Below are positions 16,625 to 24,961 of a DNA stretch of 64,000 bases, in pieces. A program made the position numbers and the translations under genes. The number at the start of each line of letters is the position of its first letter. Position 1 is the stretch's first letter. The stretch is from an uncultured Clostridia bacterium (lineage in GTDB: Bacteria; Bacillota; Clostridia; Lachnospirales; Anaerotignaceae): positions 45,063-109,062 of the forward strand of contig CAMBLO010000004.1 in NCBI GenBank assembly GCA_945868505.1, read 5' to 3'. Below the pieces are notes generated by a model. It saw only the letters and a program-made list of their open reading frames with translations, made no database searches and was not told the origin of the DNA.

Positions 16625-19600
16625 ATGATGAAAAATAAATTTTGGCGAAAAATATTTTGTAAAAGGAAAGGGCAGAAGGGTTTTTCTTTGGGAGAGGTCT
16701 TGCTGACTGTTGGGATATTATGCATTTTGATTGCTGTCAGTTTTCCGGCAATTGGATATTTTAGCCGCCTGCTGAATCAGACCAAGTTGGATAATATGGC
16801 GAAAGAAATCTTTATTTCTGCCCAGAATAAGTTGGTTACTATGAAAGCCTGCGGCATGGAAATGCCTACAGGCAACACTATGGGGATGGAACCTCCTACC
16901 GATTACGACAAAGATGCTATGGGGGAATGGCCCAATCAAGGGAGTGAGATTGACCCCTTTGTTTTTGTGTCCTCCGACGATACAGCCTTTACCTTTATGG
17001 ATGATACCCCCATTGGGAAGGACTATCAGGAGGGAAAATATATCATTGAGTTTAACCGTAGCACAGGGGATGTCTACGGTGTTTTCTATTGGGAGCCACA
17101 GGAGTTGGATTTTGGCGGAAGCTCTTCCTTTGTATATGCATCCCATTATAATACATACACAAATGGAGAAAAAACCTATCAGCTGCGTGATGAAAAAAAA
17201 CAGCGGATGGATTCTGGGTTGAAAGTAGGATATTACGGCGGTAATGGCACGCAGGCCATGGCAGATGCCAAGGAGTTTAAGTTCAATGCAGAGCTGACCA
17301 ATGCGGAAAAGCTGCAGCTGAAGCTTACGCCAGAGAATCATACTGTTGGCATGGATACCAGATATGTTGTTACACTGCGATCTGCAACAGATACAACCAA
17401 TCCAAAGGAATATACCATTGGGTTGCAATATGTTAACGGCGCACCCCATAGTGTCACCATAGATGCCGATGGAAAAGGAACCATTGGCGCGTTGGATGCT
17501 GTCAATATTGAAAAGCTGAATACAGAATACGGTTTCCTGATTACGCTGGACAGCGTAGAAGCAGGGCAGCATTTTGCAAATCTCTTTCCGGAAATTGTTG
17601 CAGGGGACGATATTTCTATCAAGGTGCAGGCTTACTATCTGGGCAGTAAGGAAATCTATGTTGCAAAGAGTAACTATGAAACGATACAAAATACTCTGTT
17701 TGCTGATGTGCGTCAAGATGCAGGATTGGCAAATCCGAAAGGGAAAAACGTTGCCGTTGCAACTGGCAGACATTTGCAGAATCTTTCCAAAGAGGCTTCT
17801 CATTTGGGATACACCACCAATGAGAATGAAGCATTGGAAACAAAAACGAACTATCCGATCGTCAATACAAAATTGCTGAACGATATCAACTGGCAGGATG
17901 CGGCTTACAATTATAATGAAAAAAACACGCTGTATAGTGCAAGTATGTCTTTGAACAGCTTCCAGCCTATCTGTAACTATGATACGGGGCTGAGGGTTTT
18001 TGACGGCAATGGATGGACGATTTCCAATTTATATGTTACAAAATATACAGACAAAACAAATACGGATAATATCAGAATGGGTGCCGGGCTGTTTGGCGTG
18101 GTGTATAATGATACAACCATTAAAGATTTTACGATGCAGGATTGCTATGTTGAAAGTACAAGTGCAGCAGTGGGAACTGTTGTCGGTACTTTTGCCAGCA
18201 GAGAGGCGGCATCAACAAAGAGCTATTTGCAGGATATTGAGGTGATCGACTGCACTGTTAAAATGACAAGAAATGCCCATTCCGGTATGCTTACTGGTTA
18301 TGTCACATTGACGAATAACGACGGAACGGATTTGGTTTCCATCCAGCATGGCGTTTATATCCAAAATTGTGGGGTATACCTCTCTGATGAAAATTCCGAT
18401 GCCTATTATCAGGAATTTAAAACAGCAGATATCAACCACGCTGTAACAAATCATAACGGAAATGCCGGCGGTTTGGTAGGGTATTTGGATAAGGGTTGTC
18501 TGGTAATTCAGGATTCCTTCTCAGCAGTGAATGTTTATGCCGGTGCCAATGCCGGCGGTTTGGTTGGCGCTACGAATGATAAGTTGTATATCAACAATAG
18601 CTATTCCTCCTGTATGGTGGATTCTGAAGGAGAAGCTGGTGTTGGTGCCGGCGGCTTGGTTGGGAAATATACCAAGGGCTGGATCAAGGCGGAAAACTGT
18701 TTTACTACTTGCGATGTTTCCGCAAATTGTTATTCCGGCGGCGCCTTCGGGCATTTGATAAAACCTAGTCAGCCCTATAGCTCTGCCAGCATTCAGGTAA
18801 AGAATGTACAAAGCTATGGTACCGTTTCCTGGAAAGGCGGCATTTGTGCAGACGAGAAGAATATGACCATAGGAGAAAGCTTTTCTGGCGGCTTTATCGG
18901 CAGGATAGAGAAAGGCCTTTTGGAGTGGGGGAATACAAAAAACAATTTTTACATAGAAAGCTGTCAATATCTTTCTATGAAGGGCTATAACAACAGCAAC
19001 CCAGGTGACAATAGCAATGCCATCAAAGGCTATGGCTGTGATTATAAAAATCTTTCGTTGTATCCGAATGTAAAAATTGATATCAAACCTTCTTTGTATG
19101 AGGAATCCGATAAAGTGAGCGGTGAGATTTTGCCCTTTATGCCCCAGATGAATCTTCCTGTAGATCGGCAAAAGATGCTGACGCATGCCTACAGCAATGA
19201 TTTGCAGGGTTATCCGTATCCTTTCCGTTTGCTTACATATGAGGATCATGCATCGGAATATATTCCTTACCATGGCAACTGGCCGAAAAAGGGTGAGATT
19301 GAGACTGCGTTGGTCTACTATGAAAAATATGTAAAATTTAAGGAAAATACGACAGTAGAAGAAAGTGAACTTTATGGCTACTATGCTGTGACTACCATTG
19401 GGGAAGGACAGTCCGCGTGGACGCTGGATACCCTGAAAACGCAGGAATGGCTGGATGGGAATAGCTATAGCCTTGTGGAGGATGGCTATGCCCTCCTTTC
19501 TACCTATCAGCTTAAGGAGTTTACCTATACCCTGAATGGGGATATGGGGGATGCTGTGGAGAAAACGGGTACGATCAAAATTTCTGATGATGAACCATCT

Positions 19601-22600
19601 ATGGAATCCAATAAGGCTGATGGAAAAGCGCAGAGAATTGGAGGAGCTATGCAGGAACTGGTGTTGGAGCAGGAGGGGGCTGAAAAGCTGACAGTTCATG
19701 CTGAAATTTATAAGTTTCCTTTCTTCCTGCAGGATATCTCAAAGAATAGAACGCTGGAATTTTATGATAAGCTGGAAATTAGCTATACCGCAGATCATAA
19801 ATATGATGAAAATGGGGTTTTACAGGAATTGGTAGACCTGGTGGAAAAATTGAAGGATGCAGGTAAAGAGCCTCCCGCCAACTGGAACCCTATGGAAGGT
19901 AATAAATATGTTGTAAATGATAACTATACCTTCTATTATTGTTGCCATTTTGGTAAAACAGCTATCAATCCCTATGTAGGCAGAATGGCTGCCCGCAGAC
20001 CCGCCAGAGCCCACGAGGTTTATGTGCGCTCTGCAAGACACCTGAACGCTATTGGTCGCTATCCTTATTATTGGAACAGTAACAATAATGAAAAATGGAA
20101 GAAGTATGCCTTTCAACAGGAGCTGGACTTGAATTTCAGCACCTACACAACAAAGTACTGCGGAGAAAATAGCTTTTTTATGAATCCGCAGGATTGGGAT
20201 GAAGCAAGTAAAAGCTTTACAAGGGGTTATGAACGTAATGTATACGAAAACCGTGTGATCGGCAGAACAGGTGAGATAGAATATCAGGATCCCAATACAG
20301 GAGAATGGATAAAATATTTCAACTTCCAAAATGATTATGACGGTGGTGGCTATCAGATCATCAATTTTAAACTGTATGCGGAAGGTCTCTATTATGTGGG
20401 TCTTTTCGGCGAGGTATATGGCAGTACGCTGGAAAACATCCACCTGACAACGGATGATGAACTGGCAAGGCTTTTTGAAGGCGAGAAGTATAACGAAACC
20501 TATGGCGGCAGCTATTTGGTTGCTGCCTATACCTACCAAAAACTGCAATATATCAACCCGGATTGGAATGATGACAACGGAATAGCACATAACTACGGTT
20601 TGGGTGCTTTGGTGGGCAAGGTATATTGCGGCACAGGGGCATCTGCCAATGCTGTTATTATTAAAAACTGCTCTGTCAGCGGTTACAGTGTGATAGGGAA
20701 GATGGACCCCACGGAAAAAGTTGGTGAACATATCGTGAACCAGTTTCCTAGAACTGCAAGAAACTATGGTTTTCATGTGGGTGGTTTTGTTGGCTTTAAT
20801 AATGGTTATATCGTTAACTGTACAGCGGAAAATAAACTGGTGCAGTTTGAATATGCACACCCCCATAATAATTCTTCCTATGGCAGAGAAAAGACGTTGG
20901 GCGGCTTTGCCGGCTCCAATCAGGGTGTCATTGCAAGCAGCTATGCCGGCGGAAAACTGGAAATTACAGTGAATGAAGATGCAAGAGAACGCTTGGATAC
21001 TGCAAAAAGTGAGTTTTATATAGGCGGGTTTGCGGGTACAAACTGCTATGCGGGTTTTGCATACGAAAGCGGTAATACAGCTTATCCTGATGGAACAAAA
21101 GGTGTTCTGTTGAAGGATTGCTATTCCTTCTGCTCCATCACAAAGGACGAAACAAGCAATCAGTATGTTCCTGCGGAGAATATTTATGGTGTTACATGGA
21201 CAACGGATACAGCTCCAATTGCGAATGATTATGAAAATAGCATAAACAAATGGCATGGTTCCAGCTTCAATGCAACAGCAGAAAATGTAGCCAACTGCTA
21301 TTATTTGGCAGAATTGGTACAGTTGAATGAAAACGGAGAGGATAAACGCCCTATGGATGAAGCGTGGGTGGTTGGAATCGGAGGCGAGCATTGCGGCATC
21401 ACGGCAGACACAATGCGGGATATTCCTGCCTTCAGCACTTTGCTGAATCAATCTATGGCAGGGGAATCCTATGCTGTAAGACAAAATGGAACTACTGTAA
21501 CTGTTCTGCTGAAAAACTTTGCTGAGACATCCCTGACGGCGGAAAAATCCTATCCATATAGCAGAAGTTTGCAGGGAAAATCCTATGTTTTCCCTGCCGT
21601 AGTGCAGAATCACGCTGGTGAGTATGTGCATTTCGGCGATTGGCCAAATGTGCTGGAAAAGGTGCTGGGACTGTGCTACTATGAGAAATATGGCGATGGT
21701 GACTATGGTCTGTTTATCCGTGGCATCAATGCTGACCTGTATACGAAAGATGGAGCATTGGATACCTATCTTTCCTATGTAGATACGCTGGAGTATGACC
21801 CTGCAAGCACAAAACGGGTGCAAGCAAGCGGTTATTGTATCGCTGCTACCACAAGAGTGGAGGGTTCCAAGCTGTCCGGCTATACACCATTGGCTGAACC
21901 TCTTGTTATGGAGAACTATCAGTTCTATGAATTGCCAACGACAGGCATTACAAAGGATGCAAATACTGGTATTTGCAGCATGAATTTGCCGGGCTATGAT
22001 GTTGCTGCCTCCTATCACCCTGATTTTGGGGCGGCAATTAAGTTTGGAGATTTGACGCAGGATGCAAATAACTTGACTTATGCTTCCGATTTGCCTGTAT
22101 ATCAGGTGAGAAACCGAACACAAATGGAAAACATTAGTTCTCTTGATTCAGGTGGTTTGCCGTTGTATAGCCAGTATACCTTCCATCAGACTATGAATAT
22201 TGACACTGGCCTGATCGAAGGGGATGCTCTTATTGCATCTATGCCTTATAATACTATATTGGATGGCAAAGGCAGCCATTATGATAGTGAAACAAAGGTA
22301 TCTGTGCCAGCCGCTGCATCCTATACAATTACAATGACACTGAAAAACTCTGTTGCCGGCAGTGGCATAAAAAATGTCGGTTTGATTGGCAGTAATATGG
22401 GTATGCTTCAAAATCTTGTTTTAGATGGCAGTGCGGAATGTACCTATCATCTGTTTACCGGCGGATTTAACTTTGGTGTTCTTGTAGGTTGGAATTTGGG
22501 AGGGACAGTAGAAAACTGTATTTCTAAAGTGAACATGACTTTAAAAGGAGAAAGTTCAGATTCCATTCTTAAGGATTCTTATATCGGCGGTTTGATTGGG

Positions 22601-23272
22601 ATAAATCAGGGCGTTTGCCGCTCTAGCTATGTTGATTGTACGATTCTTGGAGCTGACAGTGTTGTGAAAAGCAATGGCACCATAAATATTGGCGGCTTGG
22701 CTGGATCTTCGCCAAATGTGATTGAGGATTGCCAAGTAAACGGAAGCATTGCTTCTGGCACAACTCTTGCAGTGAGAAATAACGATTTGGCGATTGGTGG
22801 CTTGGCTGGTGAGGCGGGAACAAACATCGCAAGAAGCTTTGTATTTGCTTCTATTGGTGAAGGCGCAGCGATTGAAGAATATAAAAATCTTGCGGTTGGC
22901 GGTTTTCTGGGTAATATTAAAAGTGAAAATGTTACGGCGGAAGCCTCCGGTTTTGCTGGAAATATTAGAATTAGTATCACTGGTAATAAAGTGTGGATTG
23001 GTCAGTTTGTTGGTTTGACAAATAACCATGATACTTTTATATCCTGCTATGGCTGGGAGACAGAAAACAGCCGTCCTTTTAGCGGCGATGATAAGCCAAA
23101 TACAGTTTATAACGGATGTTATTATTATGGAACAGATCCAGGTAAGACAGGGCTTATACCAACGACGGATATCAATGCAGTTCTGTCTGGTTTGCAGGCA
23201 CCAGAAGGATGGCAATGGCAGATGGACACAGAGAAAGGTGTTCCGATACTAACGAAAATCACAGTGCCCTAA
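16625..23272 (+). CDS. Giant pilin-like protein: a prepilin (class III) leader and N-terminal hydrophobic helix, followed by ~2,150 aa containing three GLUG-repeat modules
   Basis: The ORF is uninterrupted. Possible starts are GTG 16613, ATG 16625 and ATG 16628. The N-terminus is MMKNKFWRKIFCKRKGQKG|FSLGEVLLTVGILCILIAVSFPAI, which has the G/FxLxE motif. GG(L/F)(V/A/I)G repeats spaced at ~25-30 aa lie at nt 18461-18905, 20396-21070 and 22376-23050. Each block is preceded by a DG-G-x-I motif (FDGNGWTISNL, YDGGGYQIINF, LDGKGSHY). There is no Sec-type signal peptide and no LPXTG or SLH anchor. Confidence 0.8.
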   Translation: MMKNKFWRKIFCKRKGQKGFSLGEVLLTVGILCILIAVSFPAIGYFSRLLNQTKLDNMAKEIFISAQNKLVTMKACGMEMPTGNTMGMEPPTDYDKDAMGEWPNQGSEIDPFVFVSSDDTAFTFMDDTPIGKDYQEGKYIIEFNRSTGDVYGVFYWEPQELDFGGSSSFVYASHYNTYTNGEKTYQLRDEKKQRMDSGLKVGYYGGNGTQAMADAKEFKFNAELTNAEKLQLKLTPENHTVGMDTRYVVTLRSATDTTNPKEYTIGLQYVNGAPHSVTIDADGKGTIGALDAVNIEKLNTEYGFLITLDSVEAGQHFANLFPEIVAGDDISIKVQAYYLGSKEIYVAKSNYETIQNTLFADVRQDAGLANPKGKNVAVATGRHLQNLSKEASHLGYTTNENEALETKTNYPIVNTKLLNDINWQDAAYNYNEKNTLYSASMSLNSFQPICNYDTGLRVFDGNGWTISNLYVTKYTDKTNTDNIRMGAGLFGVVYNDTTIKDFTMQDCYVESTSAAVGTVVGTFASREAASTKSYLQDIEVIDCTVKMTRNAHSGMLTGYVTLTNNDGTDLVSIQHGVYIQNCGVYLSDENSDAYYQEFKTADINHAVTNHNGNAGGLVGYLDKGCLVIQDSFSAVNVYAGANAGGLVGATNDKLYINNSYSSCMVDSEGEAGVGAGGLVGKYTKGWIKAENCFTTCDVSANCYSGGAFGHLIKPSQPYSSASIQVKNVQSYGTVSWKGGICADEKNMTIGESFSGGFIGRIEKGLLEWGNTKNNFYIESCQYLSMKGYNNSNPGDNSNAIKGYGCDYKNLSLYPNVKIDIKPSLYEESDKVSGEILPFMPQMNLPVDRQKMLTHAYSNDLQGYPYPFRLLTYEDHASEYIPYHGNWPKKGEIETALVYYEKYVKFKENTTVEESELYGYYAVTTIGEGQSAWTLDTLKTQEWLDGNSYSLVEDGYALLSTYQLKEFTYTLNGDMGDAVEKTGTIKISDDEPSMESNKADGKAQRIGGAMQELVLEQEGAEKLTVHAEIYKFPFFLQDISKNRTLEFYDKLEISYTADHKYDENGVLQELVDLVEKLKDAGKEPPANWNPMEGNKYVVNDNYTFYYCCHFGKTAINPYVGRMAARRPARAHEVYVRSARHLNAIGRYPYYWNSNNNEKWKKYAFQQELDLNFSTYTTKYCGENSFFMNPQDWDEASKSFTRGYERNVYENRVIGRTGEIEYQDPNTGEWIKYFNFQNDYDGGGYQIINFKLYAEGLYYVGLFGEVYGSTLENIHLTTDDELARLFEGEKYNETYGGSYLVAAYTYQKLQYINPDWNDDNGIAHNYGLGALVGKVYCGTGASANAVIIKNCSVSGYSVIGKMDPTEKVGEHIVNQFPRTARNYGFHVGGFVGFNNGYIVNCTAENKLVQFEYAHPHNNSSYGREKTLGGFAGSNQGVIASSYAGGKLEITVNEDARERLDTAKSEFYIGGFAGTNCYAGFAYESGNTAYPDGTKGVLLKDCYSFCSITKDETSNQYVPAENIYGVTWTTDTAPIANDYENSINKWHGSSFNATAENVANCYYLAELVQLNENGEDKRPMDEAWVVGIGGEHCGITADTMRDIPAFSTLLNQSMAGESYAVRQNGTTVTVLLKNFAETSLTAEKSYPYSRSLQGKSYVFPAVVQNHAGEYVHFGDWPNVLEKVLGLCYYEKYGDGDYGLFIRGINADLYTKDGALDTYLSYVDTLEYDPASTKRVQASGYCIAATTRVEGSKLSGYTPLAEPLVMENYQFYELPTTGITKDANTGICSMNLPGYDVAASYHPDFGAAIKFGDLTQDANNLTYASDLPVYQVRNRTQMENISSLDSGGLPLYSQYTFHQTMNIDTGLIEGDALIASMPYNTILDGKGSHYDSETKVSVPAAASYTITMTLKNSVAGSGIKNVGLIGSNMGMLQNLVLDGSAECTYHLFTGGFNFGVLVGWNLGGTVENCISKVNMTLKGESSDSILKDSYIGGLIGINQGVCRSSYVDCTILGADSVVKSNGTINIGGLAGSSPNVIEDCQVNGSIASGTTLAVRNNDLAIGGLAGEAGTNIARSFVFASIGEGAAIEEYKNLAVGGFLGNIKSENVTAEASGFAGNIRISITGNKVWIGQFVGLTNNHDTFISCYGWETENSRPFSGDDKPNTVYNGCYYYGTDPGKTGLIPTTDINAVLSGLQAPEGWQWQMDTEKGVPILTKITVP

Positions 23273-23296
23273 TGGGCAGAAAAAGAGGGGAACGAA

Positions 23297-23959
23297 ATGA
23301 ATTGTGTAAAAAGAAAACTGAAAAGCACAGGCGGTGCGTCTATCATCATTGCGCTGCTGTTCTTCCTCATTTGCTGCACAGTCGGGGTGTCGGTTCTGGC
23401 GGCGGCGAAGGCAAATGCCTCCCGCCTTGTCAGCCAGCGGGAAAGTGAGGAAGCTTATCTGGCTGTCCGCTCTGCTGCCATGTTGATGCGGGAGAAGATG
23501 GAAACATCGCAATCGCAGCCTTTTACTGAATGTGAAGAGATTTACGATAATGCAACTACTTGGAAACAACTGAGCACAGAGAATCCGACGAATTCCTTCT
23601 GGAAAAAAATTGAGAATGGGATGTATCAACTGATTCAAAAAGAAAGCGGTTCTGAAAGCTGTGCGTTCATTTTTCAGGCGGAGGATATACCTGATGTTTC
23701 TGCAAATGTGACCATTTCGAAAAAGGAAGGAAAGTATACCTTGCAAGGACTGCTCTCCTGTGTAGAGGACCCTGCAGCAGGGGATGTTTATACTTATTTG
23801 ATGACCCTGACAGAAACAGGGGAACCCAAAATGACACACCGTGAGCCAATTACGAAAATAGTGGAAAATGAAGATGGATCCACTTCAGAAAAAATAATCG
23901 GAGAGCGGCGACAATATACCATCAGCTTTTCCAATGGGCAGCTTGAGGTAACGAATTAA
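23297..23959 (+). CDS. PilX-like minor pilin or pilus-associated protein with a non-canonical leader (no Glu5)
   Basis: The N-terminus is MNCVKRKLKSTGG|ASIIIALLFFLICCTVGVSVLAAA, a basic leader, Gly and hydrophobic helix without Glu at +5, as in the PilX_N/GspK type. An SD (AGAGGGG) is present. The gene sits among the pilin genes. Confidence 0.5.
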   Translation: MNCVKRKLKSTGGASIIIALLFFLICCTVGVSVLAAAKANASRLVSQRESEEAYLAVRSAAMLMREKMETSQSQPFTECEEIYDNATTWKQLSTENPTNSFWKKIENGMYQLIQKESGSESCAFIFQAEDIPDVSANVTISKKEGKYTLQGLLSCVEDPAAGDVYTYLMTLTETGEPKMTHREPITKIVENEDGSTSEKIIGERRQYTISFSNGQLEVTN

Positions 23960-23973
23960 GGAGGGGCAGAAGG

Positions 23974-24294
23974 ATGTTTCAAAAACTGAAAAATACATCG
24001 GGCGAAACCTTCATCGAAGCCTTGGCGGCGTTGCTGATTATGGGCTTTTCCACGGTGCTTTTCATTGGATTGGTGATGGCGGCAAAAAATGTGAATATGA
24101 TTCAGAAGGAAGCCGATGTACGCTTTTATGCAGCTATGGAAAAGGTGGAGGTATTGGAAGGTACAAATGCAGGAGGAAACCCGGAAGTCATTCAAGTGAA
24201 GATCAGTAACGGTAATGGGATGCTGTTGGAAACCATCGATTGCCAGTTGACAGAGGCAGATCATTTGCGAGCCTATGAAATTAAGAAACCATGA
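23974..24294 (+). CDS. Minor pilin/pseudopilin (prepilin-type N-terminal domain)
   Basis: The N-terminus is MFQKLKNTSG|ETFIEALAALLIMGFSTVLFIGLV, with Gly at -1, Glu at +5 and a hydrophobic helix. The protein is 106 aa. An SD (AGGAGGGG) is present. Confidence 0.7.
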   Translation: MFQKLKNTSGETFIEALAALLIMGFSTVLFIGLVMAAKNVNMIQKEADVRFYAAMEKVEVLEGTNAGGNPEVIQVKISNGNGMLLETIDCQLTEADHLRAYEIKKP

Positions 24295-24305
24295 GGTGAA
24301 GGAAT

Positions 24306-24818
24306 GTGAACAGAAAAACCAAAGAAAATAAGGGCTTCACCTTTATTGAAATGCTTCTTTCGCTGGTGCTGCTGGGGTTTCTTTCCTTAGTGGTGGGGGC
24401 AGGCAGTACAACTGCATTGAACGTGTACCGAGACGGGGTTGGCTATGCGGAATCCCGCGCCCTTTCTGCTACCCTGCTGATGGCAATGGAAAATGATTTA
24501 CGCTATGCAAAAGATTTGAGAATGGAGGGGGATACGGTGAAATTCACCAGCCCTTATTATGGTAATGAGTCTTCTTTTCTGGTGGAGAATGGACGGGTCA
24601 AAGTCCAGAGAACAGTGGGTGAAAGCCAGGAAAAGGTTCTTTTGTTGGGCGAAAAAATGTACAGCAATGGATTGGGGGTAGACTCTCTCGCTGTTATGGT
24701 GGATAATTCTGATACAGTCGAAGGTGAGTATGGACGAAAGGTTACTGTAACAATTACTATGAATGATGGTAATACAGTATCTACCAGTCTTTTGAATATT
24801 AATATGGGAAAACAATAG
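24306..24818 (+). CDS. Minor pilin/pseudopilin (prepilin-type N-terminal cleavage/methylation domain)
   Basis: The N-terminus is MNRKTKENKG|FTFIEMLLSLVLLGFLSLVV, a canonical G/FTxxE leader. The start is GTG at 24306, after GAGGTGAAGG. Confidence 0.8.
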   Translation: MNRKTKENKGFTFIEMLLSLVLLGFLSLVVGAGSTTALNVYRDGVGYAESRALSATLLMAMENDLRYAKDLRMEGDTVKFTSPYYGNESSFLVENGRVKVQRTVGESQEKVLLLGEKMYSNGLGVDSLAVMVDNSDTVEGEYGRKVTVTITMNDGNTVSTSLLNINMGKQ

Positions 24819-24872
24819 TTATTTAAGAATGATTCTTCAAAAAGATAAATTGTATTTTATTATATAATTTTG

Positions 24873-24901
24873 TTGCAGAAAGCGAATTTTGCGTTTAAAA
24901 T
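24873..24901 (+). promoter_or_regulatory. Possible internal sigma-A promoter ahead of pilB
   Basis: TTGCAG (24873-78), a 17-nt spacer, then TAAAAT (24896-24901) in the 140-nt AT-rich gap between the minor pilin genes and pilB. Confidence 0.3.
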
Positions 24902-24961
24902 ACCATTATATGCAGATATAGAATTTGAATTTTTGGAATGAATGACGAATAGGGGGCTGTG

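Noticed and set aside
19820-22123. A 767-aa minus-strand ORF inside the giant pilin gene.
   Set aside because: It lies antisense to a frame with clear repeated GLUG-type motifs. The translation is Cys/Ile/Phe-rich, has no start context and shows no domain-like features.
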